The translations under genes were made by a program, and so were the position numbers. Positions 15,399-25,615 of a stretch of DNA of 64,000 bases are shown here, in pieces. The notes below the pieces were generated by a model that worked only from the letters and a program-made list of their open reading frames with translations, had not been told where the DNA came from and searched no databases. The DNA comes from Escherichia coli O127:H6 str. E2348/69 (GTDB lineage: Bacteria; Pseudomonadota; Gammaproteobacteria; Enterobacterales; Enterobacteriaceae): assembly GCF_000026545.1 (NCBI RefSeq), contig NC_011601.1; one strand, written 5' to 3'. Positions within the stretch are counted from its first letter, which is position 1. Every line of letters begins with the position of its first letter.

Positions 15399-16666
15399 CT
15401 TGCTCTCATTAATAAAAATATTCCGCCAATTGAAAAAGATATACTTGCATATGCTATCCACATCATGCCGCCAATTGAAATAGAGTTATTTCCTTTCATG
15501 AAATGGAATAAAATAAACATGCTTAATGCAGAAATAATATTACTGAACAGTATAATTCCCCCTGCGTTTAATCGAACAAGGTTTGTATAGATAAATGTAT
15601 ATGGTATATTTATTAAAACTGAGAGGCAAATAAGAGCTAAAGCCCCCCCTCCATGATTAGCTATATAATGATTTCTTGTCCATAAATATAAAATATCAGA
15701 TGAAAATATTATTGTCAGACCAATAGGGAAAGCTAATACCAATAGCATAATTATCATTTTTTTTAACGATAGAACATTAAATATACTCTTTTCCCCTTGT
15801 GATGATAAAGCTGGTAACAATGACTTCATCAAAGGATATTGTAGCTGTAAAAAAGATAATCCCAGTTGTGCAACAATAACATATACTCCATATAACTGTG
15901 TTTCCACGTAGTGTGATAATAATATTTTATCTAACTGTGAAACAAACACACCAACAATCACACCAAATGAAAATATATAGTTCTCTTTAACCAAATCAAT
16001 TAATTGAATCAATATATTATTATCTATTAAGCCTTTAAGATCTATATTATTGCGAGTAATCCATAAAAAATTAAAAATAAATTCTATACAGGTAACCACT
16101 GCGAAGGAAACTATATATACTATAGGTTCTGGATTTACCATCAATGAAATCAGCGCGACACAATGTTTACATGAAAAAAAACACACTTGGCTTAAATTAG
16201 TATTAAATTGCTTTTGAGTACCATTCCAAAAACCTATATTGAGATTATTTGCAAATTGAAATAGGAATTGAATTGCAAGCAATCTTATACAAAACTCTAA
16301 CTCCCTACTGCTATGCCCTGCATTAAACCATCTAAATGCCAACCAACCAGCCGAACTGGTTAGAAAAACCGCCCCAACAAAAGCAACAGCAATATATATC
16401 CAAAAATATGCAAAAAATATGTTTTCTGGCGTATTCGTTTTAGCAATATCGCGAGGCATAATCTGCGAACACCCAGCATCCAGAATAAGTAACATAGCCT
16501 GGATACTTAAACAAGCAGAGACGATACCCCATCCATGGGGACCTAGTAGCTTGATATAAAAGGGTATAAGGACTATTATCCCCCCCCCCATCCAAATCAT
16601 ACCAATGTAATTAAACATTGTGTTTCGTAAGAATATATTATTTTTAAAAGAGGATATTATTGACAT
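15395..16666 (-). CDS. wzx: O-antigen flippase
   Basis: 423 aa polytopic membrane protein, position and hydrophobicity typical of Wzx; contains a G9 tract (plus-strand C9 at 16579-16587). Confidence 0.7.
   Translation of the reverse strand: MSIISSFKNNIFLRNTMFNYIGMIWMGGGIIVLIPFYIKLLGPHGWGIVSACLSIQAMLLILDAGCSQIMPRDIAKTNTPENIFFAYFWIYIAVAFVGAVFLTSSAGWLAFRWFNAGHSSRELEFCIRLLAIQFLFQFANNLNIGFWNGTQKQFNTNLSQVCFFSCKHCVALISLMVNPEPIVYIVSFAVVTCIEFIFNFLWITRNNIDLKGLIDNNILIQLIDLVKENYIFSFGVIVGVFVSQLDKILLSHYVETQLYGVYVIVAQLGLSFLQLQYPLMKSLLPALSSQGEKSIFNVLSLKKMIIMLLVLAFPIGLTIIFSSDILYLWTRNHYIANHGGGALALICLSVLINIPYTFIYTNLVRLNAGGIILFSNIISALSMFILFHFMKGNNSISIGGMMWIAYASISFSIGGIFLLMRAR
16579..16587. repeat. Homopolymeric C9/G9 tract inside wzx coding sequence
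   Basis: CCCCCCCCC on plus strand, encoding GGG (MIWMGGGIIVL) near the Wzx N-terminus. Confidence 0.9.
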
Positions 16667-16678
16667 ATAGATGTTTTT

Positions 16679-18052
16679 TTATTTTTCTTTTAATAAATTA
16701 ATAATAATTGCCGTATTATTTTCCATCACGAGCTGATCACCTCTTGATTCAACGTTCAAACGCACAACAGGTTCGGTGTTGGAGGAGCGCAGGTTAAAGC
16801 GCCAGTTGGCAAAGGCCATACTGATGCCATCGGTGCGATCCACCGCCAGCGCCTCACGGCTAAAATGCTGTTCCACGCGGTTAATCGCCTCAACGGGGTG
16901 CGTGAGTTTGCTGTTGATCTCACCACTTGCCGGAAAAGCCGCCATCCGGTCGCGCACCAGTTCGCCCAGCGTTTTCCCTTTCAGGCACACCAGTTCGGCG
17001 ACCAGCAGCCACGGGATCATGCCGCTGTCGCAGTAAGCGAAATCACGGAAGTAATGGTGGGCGCTCATTTCGCCACCGTAGATAGCGTCTTCCTTACGCA
17101 TACGTTCTTTAATAAAGGCGTGTCCGGTTTTCGACATTATTGGCGTACCGCCTGCGGCAGTCACCACATCAACGGTGTTCCAGGAGAGACGTGGATCGTG
17201 GATGATCTTCGCGCCGGGATTTTTTTCGAGGAACGCCTCTGCCAGCAAACCGACAATGTAGTAACCCTCAATAAACTGCCCTTTTTCGTCAAACAGGAAA
17301 CAGCGGTCAAAATCGCCATCAAAAGCAATGCCCATATCCGCGCCGTGTTTAATGACCGCATTGCGGGTGTCGTCGCGACATTCCGGCAGTAGCGGGTTAG
17401 GAATACCGTTGGGGAAATTGCCGTCCGGCGTGTTATGCACTTTGATTAACTCCACCGGTGCGCCGAGGGCTTTAAAGCGGGCTTCAATGGCGTCCACCAC
17501 CGGACCCGCCGCGCCGTTCCCGGAGTTAATCACCAGCTTGAGCGGCGTGAGGTTTTTGACGTTGATATAACCGAACAGGTGATCAACGTAAGCTTCACGC
17601 AGATTGATTTGCTGATAGCGACCGCGTTTGGTTTCATCGACGGGAGGGAAGTCGTTGGCTTCTGCCAGACGCTGGACATCGCGCAGTCCGGTATCACCGC
17701 TGATCGGGCGAGCCCCCTCGCGCACCAGCTTCATGCCGTTGTAATCCATCGGGTTATGGCTGGCAGTAACTTCGATGCCGCCATCCACGCCGAGATGGAA
17801 CGTAGCGAAATAGATCTCTTCGGTGCCGGACATGCCGATATCCAGCACATCGACGCCCGCATCCTGTAAACCTTTCGCCAGCGCCAGTTTTAAGGTTTCG
17901 CTGGTGAGGCGGACATCACCACCTAAAACAATAGTTTTCGGTTTGAGAAATTCGCCATAGGCACGCCCAATACGCCAGGCAATATCTTCATTCAGTTCTT
18001 CGCCTAATTTTCCGCGAATATCGTAGGCTTTAAAGCAGGTTAATTTTTTCAT
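16679..18052 (-). CDS. manB: Phosphomannomutase, O-antigen copy
   Basis: 457 aa [16 protein letters not shown]..., TASHNP active-site motif; near-identical to the colanic copy cpsG except for the last ~20 residues. Confidence 0.93.
   Translation of the reverse strand: MKKLTCFKAYDIRGKLGEELNEDIAWRIGRAYGEFLKPKTIVLGGDVRLTSETLKLALAKGLQDAGVDVLDIGMSGTEEIYFATFHLGVDGGIEVTASHNPMDYNGMKLVREGARPISGDTGLRDVQRLAEANDFPPVDETKRGRYQQINLREAYVDHLFGYINVKNLTPLKLVINSGNGAAGPVVDAIEARFKALGAPVELIKVHNTPDGNFPNGIPNPLLPECRDDTRNAVIKHGADMGIAFDGDFDRCFLFDEKGQFIEGYYIVGLLAEAFLEKNPGAKIIHDPRLSWNTVDVVTAAGGTPIMSKTGHAFIKERMRKEDAIYGGEMSAHHYFRDFAYCDSGMIPWLLVAELVCLKGKTLGELVRDRMAAFPASGEINSKLTHPVEAINRVEQHFSREALAVDRTDGISMAFANWRFNLRSSNTEPVVRLNVESRGDQLVMENNTAIIINLLKEK
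16750..18052. repeat. manB direct repeat, copy A (O-antigen locus)
   Basis: Aligns with 33740-35042 at offset 16990, roughly 96 percent identity by eye; homology ends exactly at the ATG. Confidence 0.8.
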
Positions 18053-18055
18053 TTA

Positions 18056-19513
18056 TTAGTCATCTATTTTGTAACGTTCTTTTTGACGAACAATATCATC
18101 CTCACCTAAATAATCTCCTGAACTAACTTCAATAAGATTGAGAGGAATTATACCTGGATTTTCAAGGCTATAAGTAGCACCCAGAGGAATATAAACGGAT
18201 TCATTAGCAGTAACTAAGAAAGTTTTATTATTTAACGTTACTTTTGCTGTACCTGAAAGGACAATCCAATGCTCTGAACGATGATGATGCATACGTAAGG
18301 ATAGCCCTTCCCCTGGTTTAACGACAATCTTTTTGACCTTATATCGATCTCCCTGTTCTATAGCATCAAACTTTCCCCAAGGACGAAATTCCTCGCGATG
18401 TGATAGATATTCAGAACGTTCTTGCATTTTAAGCATTTGAACAATTTTCTTAACATCCTGAACTTCGGATTTTTTTGAAACTAGAATTGCATCTTTCGTC
18501 TGAACAATAACAATATCCTCCACACCTACAGCGGCTACTAAGGCTGACTCCGAATGAATATAATTATTTTTTGTATTATAAGTCAGGATATCACCTTTGC
18601 AAACGTCCCCTGTAGGAGTTTTATCACTAACGTCCCACAATGATTGCCAAGATCCAACATCGTTCCAACCAATATCAACGGGATAGACTATACAACGCTT
18701 TGTTTTTTCCATTACTGCAAAATCAATTGATTCCGATGGACAATTTTGAAAAACATCTTTCGAAAGTCGTATAAAATCAAGATCATGGTAGGACGAAGAA
18801 ACTGTTTTTTCACATATATCGTATATATCAGGTCTGTATTTTTTTAACTCCTCTAAATATACTGATGCTTTGAACATAAACATCCCACTATTCCAGAGAT
18901 ATTTACCTGAGGAGATATACTCTTCAGCCCTTGAGCGATTAGGTTTTTCAACAAATTGTTCCACGTGATAGAATGTATTACCAACTCCACGTTGTGATTC
19001 TTTAACTATACTCCCTTTTTCTATATAACCGTAACCAGTTTCTGCATAATCAGGAATAATACCAAATGTTAAAATATTTCCTTGTTCAACAATTGAAATG
19101 GAATTTTTAATAGCATTACAAAAAACATCTGTTTTGTTTATAACATGGTCAGCTGCAAGAACTAAAAGTATAGGATCTTGTTGTTCATTACGCTTTAAGG
19201 CTGTAAATGCTGAAAGTGCTATAGCTGGTGCAGTATTTCTTCCACATGGTTCAAGAATAATGTTATCGCTTAATTGGTTTATTTGACGCAATTGTTCTGC
19301 GACCACAAAACGATGCTGCTCGTTAGTTATTACTAATGGAGTTTCGCAAGAAAGCGGGGATAGTCGTAATAAAGTTGACTGTAATAAAGTATTCTCACCT
19401 GATAATTGCAGAAATTGCTTCGGATAGTGCTCTCTTGAGAGGGGCCAAAGACGGCTACCCGTACCACCAGCCATTACAACAGCAATCAACGGTACATCAG
19501 ACATTTTTGACAT
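18056..19513 (-). CDS. manC: Mannose-1-phosphate guanylyltransferase, O-antigen copy
   Basis: 485 aa; [11 protein letters not shown] motif; AT-rich and clearly diverged from the colanic copy cpsB. Confidence 0.9.
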   Translation of the reverse strand: MSKMSDVPLIAVVMAGGTGSRLWPLSREHYPKQFLQLSGENTLLQSTLLRLSPLSCETPLVITNEQHRFVVAEQLRQINQLSDNIILEPCGRNTAPAIALSAFTALKRNEQQDPILLVLAADHVINKTDVFCNAIKNSISIVEQGNILTFGIIPDYAETGYGYIEKGSIVKESQRGVGNTFYHVEQFVEKPNRSRAEEYISSGKYLWNSGMFMFKASVYLEELKKYRPDIYDICEKTVSSSYHDLDFIRLSKDVFQNCPSESIDFAVMEKTKRCIVYPVDIGWNDVGSWQSLWDVSDKTPTGDVCKGDILTYNTKNNYIHSESALVAAVGVEDIVIVQTKDAILVSKKSEVQDVKKIVQMLKMQERSEYLSHREEFRPWGKFDAIEQGDRYKVKKIVVKPGEGLSLRMHHHRSEHWIVLSGTAKVTLNNKTFLVTANESVYIPLGATYSLENPGIIPLNLIEVSSGDYLGEDDIVRQKERYKIDD

Positions 19514-20000
19514 CCTTTTTATCTAAACCAATAACAGCACTTGGATCATGATTAAAATAAGCTCGGCTGTTAGCGTGAACATTGTTACTGGCGAGCAGCG
19601 CGTCCGGCGTCAGCCAGCGGTAATCGTCATGCTGCTCATCCGGCAGTAACAGCTCTTCTTCCGCTACCCTGAAGCGAAAACCGAGCACCACATAGTGAGT
19701 GGTGAAATCCGTGCCGGAGAAGTTGTCGTCATAAAAGTGCTGCCAGACACCGTAAAACTGGCCTGCTGTTATCTGCAGACGCAGCCCCAGTTCCGCCATC
19801 GTCAGCCGCTCAAATGCGGCTTCCAGCGTTTCGTCTTTCTGCACGCGCCCTCCCGGCACAAACCAGTAACCCTGCGCCGGGCGGTTGGTTCTTTTGCCAA
19901 GCAGAAACTCGCCGCGACTGTTCTCGACAATAAAGTCGAGAGAGACAAGCGGAGTGGAGCGCACTACCGTGGCAAAGTCTTCCTGACGTAAAAACATCAT
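19497..20000 (-). CDS. gmm: GDP-mannose mannosyl hydrolase (Nudix), O-antigen copy
   Basis: 167 aa [13 protein letters not shown]...; Nudix box [23 protein letters not shown]; matches the colanic copy closely except for the C-terminal ~18 residues. Confidence 0.9.
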   Translation of the reverse strand: MMFLRQEDFATVVRSTPLVSLDFIVENSRGEFLLGKRTNRPAQGYWFVPGGRVQKDETLEAAFERLTMAELGLRLQITAGQFYGVWQHFYDDNFSGTDFTTHYVVLGFRFRVAEEELLLPDEQHDDYRWLTPDALLASNNVHANSRAYFNHDPSAVIGLDKKDVKNV

Positions 20001-20965
20001 TACCCCCGAAAGCGGTCTTGATTCTCAAGGAACCACTGGTAAGTGCTGGCAAGCCCCGCTTCCAGTGAGATTTCGTGATACCAGCCAAGCTGATGCAGGC
20101 GCGTCACATCCAGCAGTTTGCGCGGCGTACCATCCGGTTTACTGGCATCAAAAACCACCCGACCTTTGTAACCCACCACTTTGGCGATGGTTTGCGCCAG
20201 TTCACGGATGGTGCAGTCAACGCCCGTGCCGACGTTAATGTGCGACAACATCGGCTGGGTGTTTTCCAGCCAGACTTCGTGCGCCAACTCCATCACATGA
20301 ATGCTTGCCGCCGCCATATCATCGACGTGCAGAAATTCGCGCATCGGTGTACCGCTGCCCCACACCACCACGTCCGGTGCATTCTGTGCCGTCGCCTCGT
20401 GGAAGCGACGCAGCAATGCAGGTATCACATGGGAGTTACTCGGGTGGAAGTTGTCATGCGGCCCGTACAGGTTGGTCGGCATGACTGAGCGGTAATCGCG
20501 TCCGTACTGGCGATTGTAAGATTCGCACAGTTTGATCCCGGCGATTTTGGCAATAGCATAAGGCTCGTTAGTCGGCTCCAGCGTGCCCTTCAACAGCTCG
20601 CTTTCTGCCATCGGCTGTTTTGCCAGTTTCGGGTAGATACAGGACGATCCAAGAAACAGCAGTTTGTTCACGTCGTTCTGATGCGCGGCGTGAATGATGT
20701 TGCTCTCAATCATCATGTTCTGGTAGATGAAATCCGCCGGATAGGTGTTGTTGGCAACAATGCCGCCCACTTTCGCCGCCGCCAGATAGACCTGGTCAAT
20801 GCGTTCGCTGGCAAAGAAATCATGCACCGCGCGGCTGTCCAGCAGGTTCAGCTCGTCGCGGGTGCGTAATACCAGTTCCACATCACCGCGCTGTTCGAGC
20901 TGCCGCCTGATGGCAGAACCGACCATTCCGCGATGGCCAGCGATAAAAATGCGTTGTCTACTCAT
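20000..20965 (-). CDS. fcl: GDP-L-fucose synthase, O-antigen copy
   Basis: 321 aa; protein identical to the colanic copy at 38376-39341. Confidence 0.95.
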   Translation of the reverse strand: MSRQRIFIAGHRGMVGSAIRRQLEQRGDVELVLRTRDELNLLDSRAVHDFFASERIDQVYLAAAKVGGIVANNTYPADFIYQNMMIESNIIHAAHQNDVNKLLFLGSSCIYPKLAKQPMAESELLKGTLEPTNEPYAIAKIAGIKLCESYNRQYGRDYRSVMPTNLYGPHDNFHPSNSHVIPALLRRFHEATAQNAPDVVVWGSGTPMREFLHVDDMAAASIHVMELAHEVWLENTQPMLSHINVGTGVDCTIRELAQTIAKVVGYKGRVVFDASKPDGTPRKLLDVTRLHQLGWYHEISLEAGLASTYQWFLENQDRFRG

Positions 20966-20967
20966 GC

Positions 20968-22089
20968 TTATGACTCCAGCGCGATCGCCACGTCGTAGCC
21001 GTGAGATTTCAGCAGAGAGTGTTTTTTCGCCGCTTCGAGGTCATTAGCCACCATTTCAGACACCATCTCTCTGAGGGTGATTTCCGGTTTCCAGCCCAGT
21101 TTTTCGTGCGCTTTGGTCGGGTCGCCGAGCAGCGTTTCAACTTCAGCCGGACGGAAGTAGCGCGGATCAACCTTAACGATTACATCTCCAGGTTTAACTG
21201 CTGGAGCATCCTCACCATTAACAGAAACCACTATCCCCTTCTCATCTACACCTGTGCCTTCAAAACGCAGTTTGATTCCGACTCGCTCCGCCGCCATTTC
21301 CACGAACTGACGCACGGAGTACTGAACGCCGGTCGCGATGACGAAATCTTCCGGCTGTTCCTGTTGCAGCATCATCCACTGCATTTTTACGTAGTCTTTG
21401 GCATGGCCCCAGTCACGCAGGGAATCCATATTGCCGAGGTACAGGCACGATTCCAGCCCCTGGGCGATGTTTGCGATTGCGCGGGTGATTTTGCGGGTAA
21501 CGAAGGTTTCGCCGCGGCGCGGGGATTCATGGTTGAAGAGAATACCGTTACAGGCGTACATGCCGTAGGATTCGCGGTAGTTAACGGTGATCCAGTAGGC
21601 ATACAGTTTGGCGACCGCATACGGAGAGCGTGGGTAGAACGGCGTGGTTTCTTTCTGCGGAATTTCCTGCACCAGACCGTACAGTTCAGAAGTGGAAGCC
21701 TGATAAAAACGGGTTTTCTTTTCCAGACCGAGGAAGCGGATCGCCTCCAGCAGGCGCAGCGTACCCATCGCATCGACGTCAGCGGTATATTCCGGTGACT
21801 CAAAAGAAACCGCAACGTGACTCATTGCGCCCAGGTTGTACACTTCATCCGGCTGCACTTCACACAAAATGCGCGTCAGGTTGGAGGTATCTGTCAGATC
21901 GCCATAATGCAGATGGAATTTCGGGTTGCAGGTGTGCGGATCCTGATAAATGTGATCCACGCGCTCGGTGTTGAATGACGATGCACGACGCTTAATACCA
22001 TGCACCTCGTAACCTTTTTCCAGCAGAAACTCTGCCAGGTAAGAACCGTCTTGTCCGGTTATGCCAGTAATGAGAGCGACTTTAGCCAT
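20968..22089 (-). CDS. gmd: GDP-mannose 4,6-dehydratase, O-antigen copy
   Basis: ATG at 22089 gives [18 protein letters not shown]...; ORF track begins at an upstream TTG (22119). Confidence 0.93.
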   Translation of the reverse strand: MAKVALITGITGQDGSYLAEFLLEKGYEVHGIKRRASSFNTERVDHIYQDPHTCNPKFHLHYGDLTDTSNLTRILCEVQPDEVYNLGAMSHVAVSFESPEYTADVDAMGTLRLLEAIRFLGLEKKTRFYQASTSELYGLVQEIPQKETTPFYPRSPYAVAKLYAYWITVNYRESYGMYACNGILFNHESPRRGETFVTRKITRAIANIAQGLESCLYLGNMDSLRDWGHAKDYVKMQWMMLQQEQPEDFVIATGVQYSVRQFVEMAAERVGIKLRFEGTGVDEKGIVVSVNGEDAPAVKPGDVIVKVDPRYFRPAEVETLLGDPTKAHEKLGWKPEITLREMVSEMVANDLEAAKKHSLLKSHGYDVAIALES

Positions 22090-22115
22090 TTTACATTTCC
22101 TGTTCTTAAAAATAC

Positions 22116-23132
22116 TCAACCTAAAATAATGCTTTTATATGCTGAAGCATAGTTCTCGATAACAAATTTCCCGGAGGCACGAATTGCCTGTTCCCGATAA
22201 TTTTCATAGTCATCGAATATTTTATCCAATTTATATCCAATGTCGTCTTCAGTATTTTCCACAAGTAACCCATTACCCTCAATTAATTCAAAACATCCGC
22301 CCACATCACTTAACAGGAGTGGTATTGCAGCTGTGTGAGCCTCAAGGCCTGACATAGGCAAACCTTCACTATCGGATATCAGTGAAAATAAATCATACTC
22401 ATGATAGTTATAAAAATTATTGACCTCACCCAAAAAATGAATATTTTCACATTCACTGAATTGTTTCTTCAATGATTCTAACCTTTCCCCCCCTCCTACG
22501 ATATGGAGGCTATACTGGGGCTTTTTCGATATTACATTCGCTAACAACTCGGGGCGCTTAGGGTGTGTTAACCTACCAACAAACAGAACCTTATACTGGA
22601 GTTGTTTATTATTACATCTCGGCATCTGAGGCACTGAATTCGATACTGTGATTATCTTTGGTTCTTTTATACCAATATTCTCAATTGCCTTTTTTTCATC
22701 ACTTTTGGAAACACACCATATAACATCAGTTAATAAAGAAAGGTATTTTTCCACAATGCAAAAAATTGATTTTAGGCGACCACCATTATATAAACAAGAC
22801 CATCCATGCGAAACATAAATACATTTAAAGTCGACTAGTAATCGAACTAACCTGGCATAAACTCCGGCATTAGCAGAACTTGCTATTAACGTTGAAATGT
22901 TATTTTCTTTTAAAATTTTTCTCAATTTAAACAATGTAAGGAAGTCAAAATATTTTTTAATACCTGGTATGACAAAAACTCCGGCAAAGACATCTTTATG
23001 TGTGAGCCATCCTTCTTCAGATGTAATAAGAAATATATTACATTCCTCTTTAATAAGGTTAGATATTTCATTTACCCATGTTTGTGCACCACCAATTTCT
23101 GATTTTGTAACAATAAAACCAACATTTTTCAT
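22116..23132 (-). CDS. GT4-family glycosyltransferase (O-unit)
   Basis: 338 aa; GT-B fold features and a C-terminal EX7E-like region; AT-rich. Confidence 0.7.
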   Translation of the reverse strand: MKNVGFIVTKSEIGGAQTWVNEISNLIKEECNIFLITSEEGWLTHKDVFAGVFVIPGIKKYFDFLTLFKLRKILKENNISTLIASSANAGVYARLVRLLVDFKCIYVSHGWSCLYNGGRLKSIFCIVEKYLSLLTDVIWCVSKSDEKKAIENIGIKEPKIITVSNSVPQMPRCNNKQLQYKVLFVGRLTHPKRPELLANVISKKPQYSLHIVGGGERLESLKKQFSECENIHFLGEVNNFYNYHEYDLFSLISDSEGLPMSGLEAHTAAIPLLLSDVGGCFELIEGNGLLVENTEDDIGYKLDKIFDDYENYREQAIRASGKFVIENYASAYKSIILG

Positions 23133-23150
23133 ATATCAAAATTCCAAAAA

Positions 23151-24170
23151 TTATTTTTTATATCCATTTGGATTGTTTGTTTGCCAACGCCATACATCTT
23201 CGATCATTTCTTTCAATTTTTTTTCCGCTTTCCAGGAAAGCTTTTTATGTGCTAAATCAGCAGACGCCCATGACTCCGCAACATCCCCCTCACGTCTATT
23301 ACAAATAGCAACAGGTATACTCTTTTTAGTGACTATCTCAAACATTTTTACAATCTCTAAAACAGAATAACCTTGACCAGTGCCTAAATTAAAAGCTTCA
23401 TAATTGACATCATTTAAAAACATATATTCTAATGCTTTAACATGCCCTTTAGCCAAATCACAGACATGTATATAGTCTCTTACTCCTGTACCATCTTTAG
23501 TTGGATAATCGTTGCCATAAATATTTAATACAGGAAGTTGATTTTGTGCAACTTTAGATATATAAGGAACCAGATTATTAGGAATCCCGTTAGGATTTTC
23601 ACCAATCATCCCGGACTTATGTGCTCCGATTGGATTAAAGTAACGCAGTGCAATTACTGATTTATTATTATCACTATCACAATAATCACTCAAAATTATT
23701 TCTATTATAAATTTCGATGTCCCATATGGGTTTGTAGTTTCACCAATTCGTCTATCTTCCGTATGGGGAGGGATACTGTTATTCCCATAAACAGTAGCAG
23801 AAGAGCTAAATATCATTTTATTAATGTTATATCTCTTCATGCATTCAAGTAATACTAAAGTTCCACCAACATTATTAGAATAATACTCTAAGGGCTTTAA
23901 CTTAGACTCACCTACAGATTTTAACGATGCAAAGTGAATTACAGCATCGATATGGTGTCTTGAAAAAATCTCATCAAGTAGATTTTTATCACGGATATCA
24001 CCTTGATAAGAAATAATTTTCTTATTAGTTATTTGCTCTACTCTTTTTAATGATTCTATAGAGGAATTGACAAAATTATCTATCGAAACGACATCATGAC
24101 CATTATTAAGTAACTCAAGTATGGTATGGGATCCAATATATCCTGCACCGCCTGTTACGAAAATCACCAT
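23151..24170 (-). CDS. UDP-hexose 4-epimerase (GalE/Gne-like); first gene of O-antigen cluster
   Basis: ATG at 24170 gives MVIFVTGGAGYIGSH...; YGTSK catalytic motif; ORF track extends upstream to a TTG at 24239. Confidence 0.85.
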   Translation of the reverse strand: MVIFVTGGAGYIGSHTILELLNNGHDVVSIDNFVNSSIESLKRVEQITNKKIISYQGDIRDKNLLDEIFSRHHIDAVIHFASLKSVGESKLKPLEYYSNNVGGTLVLLECMKRYNINKMIFSSSATVYGNNSIPPHTEDRRIGETTNPYGTSKFIIEIILSDYCDSDNNKSVIALRYFNPIGAHKSGMIGENPNGIPNNLVPYISKVAQNQLPVLNIYGNDYPTKDGTGVRDYIHVCDLAKGHVKALEYMFLNDVNYEAFNLGTGQGYSVLEIVKMFEIVTKKSIPVAICNRREGDVAESWASADLAHKKLSWKAEKKLKEMIEDVWRWQTNNPNGYKK

Positions 24171-24199
24171 ATAAACCTCCTTTACCATGAGGATTGAGA

Positions 24200-24245
24200 G
24201 AAAAACACACGCTACCGCCCTTGGCTTAACAGTTACCAACTCACT
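24200..24245 (-). promoter_or_regulatory. JUMPstart region with ops element (RfaH-dependent antitermination) in O-antigen operon leader
   Basis: Plus-strand CACGCTACCGCC at 24208-24219 is the reverse complement of the ops consensus GGCGGTAGCGTG; lies between galF and the first O-antigen gene. Confidence 0.8.
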
Positions 24246-24479
24246 GAAAATGAATCATAGGTACTAAGCATTTAATACTTTTCACTATTTTCCAATTGTC
24301 TAACCAAACGAAGTCAGATACAAGGAAAATCTATGTCCGAGCGATACTTGCGGTAACTTATTGTTATTAAATACTTTAAATAAAAGACAGGAACATTCTT
24401 ATAATGTAAGCATCTCTGCTTTTGAATGTTCACTGCCGTTCTATTTTTATTCAATCCACCATATATGGATGATTAATTT

Positions 24480-25373
24480 TTATTCGCTTAACAGCTTCTC
24501 AATCCCTTTACGGAACTTCGCCCCTTCTTTCAGGTTGCGTAGTCCATACTTCACAAACGCCTGCATATAACCCATTTTTTTACCGCAGTCGTAGCTGTCG
24601 CCGGTCATCAGCATGGCATCAACGGACTGTTTTTTCGCCAGCTCGGCAATGGCATCAGTCAGCTGAATACGTCCCCATGCACCAGGCTGAGTACGTTCAA
24701 GTTCCGGCCAAATATCGGCAGAAAGCACATAGCGACCAACGGCCATGATGTCTGAGTCCAGCGTCTGCGGCTGATCCGGCTTTTCGATGAATTCAACAAT
24801 GCGGCTGACTTTACCTTCACGATCCAGTGGTTCTTTTGTCTGAATGACTGAGTATTCAGAGAGCTCACCCGGCATACGTTTTGCCAGCACCTGGCTGCGT
24901 CCCGTTTCATTGAAGCGCGCAATCATGGCAGCAAGGTTGTAGCGTAGCGGGTCGGCGCTGGCGTCGTCGATCACAACGTCTGGCAGCACCACGACAAATG
25001 GATTGTCACCAATGGCAGGTCGCGCACATAAAATGGAGTGGCCTAAACCTAAAGGTTCACCCTGACGCACGTTCATAATGGTCACGCCCGGCGGACAGAT
25101 AGATTGTACTTCCGCCAGTAGTTGACGCTTCACGCGCTGTTCAAGGAGAGATTCTAATTCATAAGAGGTGTCGAAGTGGTTTTCGACCGCGTTCTTGGAC
25201 GCATGAGTTACCAGGAGGATTTCTTTGATCCCTGCAGCCACAATCTCGTCAACAATGTACTGAATCATTGGCTTGTCGACGATCGGTAGCATCTCTTTGG
25301 GTATCGCCTTAGTGGCAGGCAACATATGCATCCCAAGACCCGCTACCGGTATAACTGCTTTTAAATTCGTCAT
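24480..25373 (-). CDS. galF: UTP-glucose-1-phosphate uridylyltransferase paralogue
   Basis: 297 aa [43 protein letters not shown]... Confidence 0.95.
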   Translation of the reverse strand: MTNLKAVIPVAGLGMHMLPATKAIPKEMLPIVDKPMIQYIVDEIVAAGIKEILLVTHASKNAVENHFDTSYELESLLEQRVKRQLLAEVQSICPPGVTIMNVRQGEPLGLGHSILCARPAIGDNPFVVVLPDVVIDDASADPLRYNLAAMIARFNETGRSQVLAKRMPGELSEYSVIQTKEPLDREGKVSRIVEFIEKPDQPQTLDSDIMAVGRYVLSADIWPELERTQPGAWGRIQLTDAIAELAKKQSVDAMLMTGDSYDCGKKMGYMQAFVKYGLRNLKEGAKFRKGIEKLLSE

Positions 25374-25615
25374 TATTTTCCTACCTCTAAGTGGCTGATA
25401 GTGCGTAAATTATTGCCATAGGTTAGCCAAACGGTATGGCTATATACCATAGCTTAGTTCCGCATAACTTTGATTAAACCTTACGATAACACTACACACC
25501 ATCAGCATCTGGGTTACTCGGATTACTCGGAAATCCACATACTGATAATTTAATCAGTACCTCTTTCCGAATAATCGTAGTCCAACCTGGTCCTTTTTTC
25601 TCTGACTCGTCTGCA

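Larger units (their letters stand above)
19560..22089. repeat. Long direct repeat, copy A (gmd-fcl-gmm, O-antigen locus)
   Basis: Aligns with 37936-40465 at constant offset 18376; core 19647-21159 appears identical base for base; flanks roughly 95-98 percent identical with one divergent patch around 21160-21290. Confidence 0.85.

Noticed and set aside
21001-21798. 265-aa plus-strand ORFs antisense to both gmd copies (also 39377-40174)
   Set aside because: Shadow ORFs inside gmd; they recur only because the gene itself is duplicated
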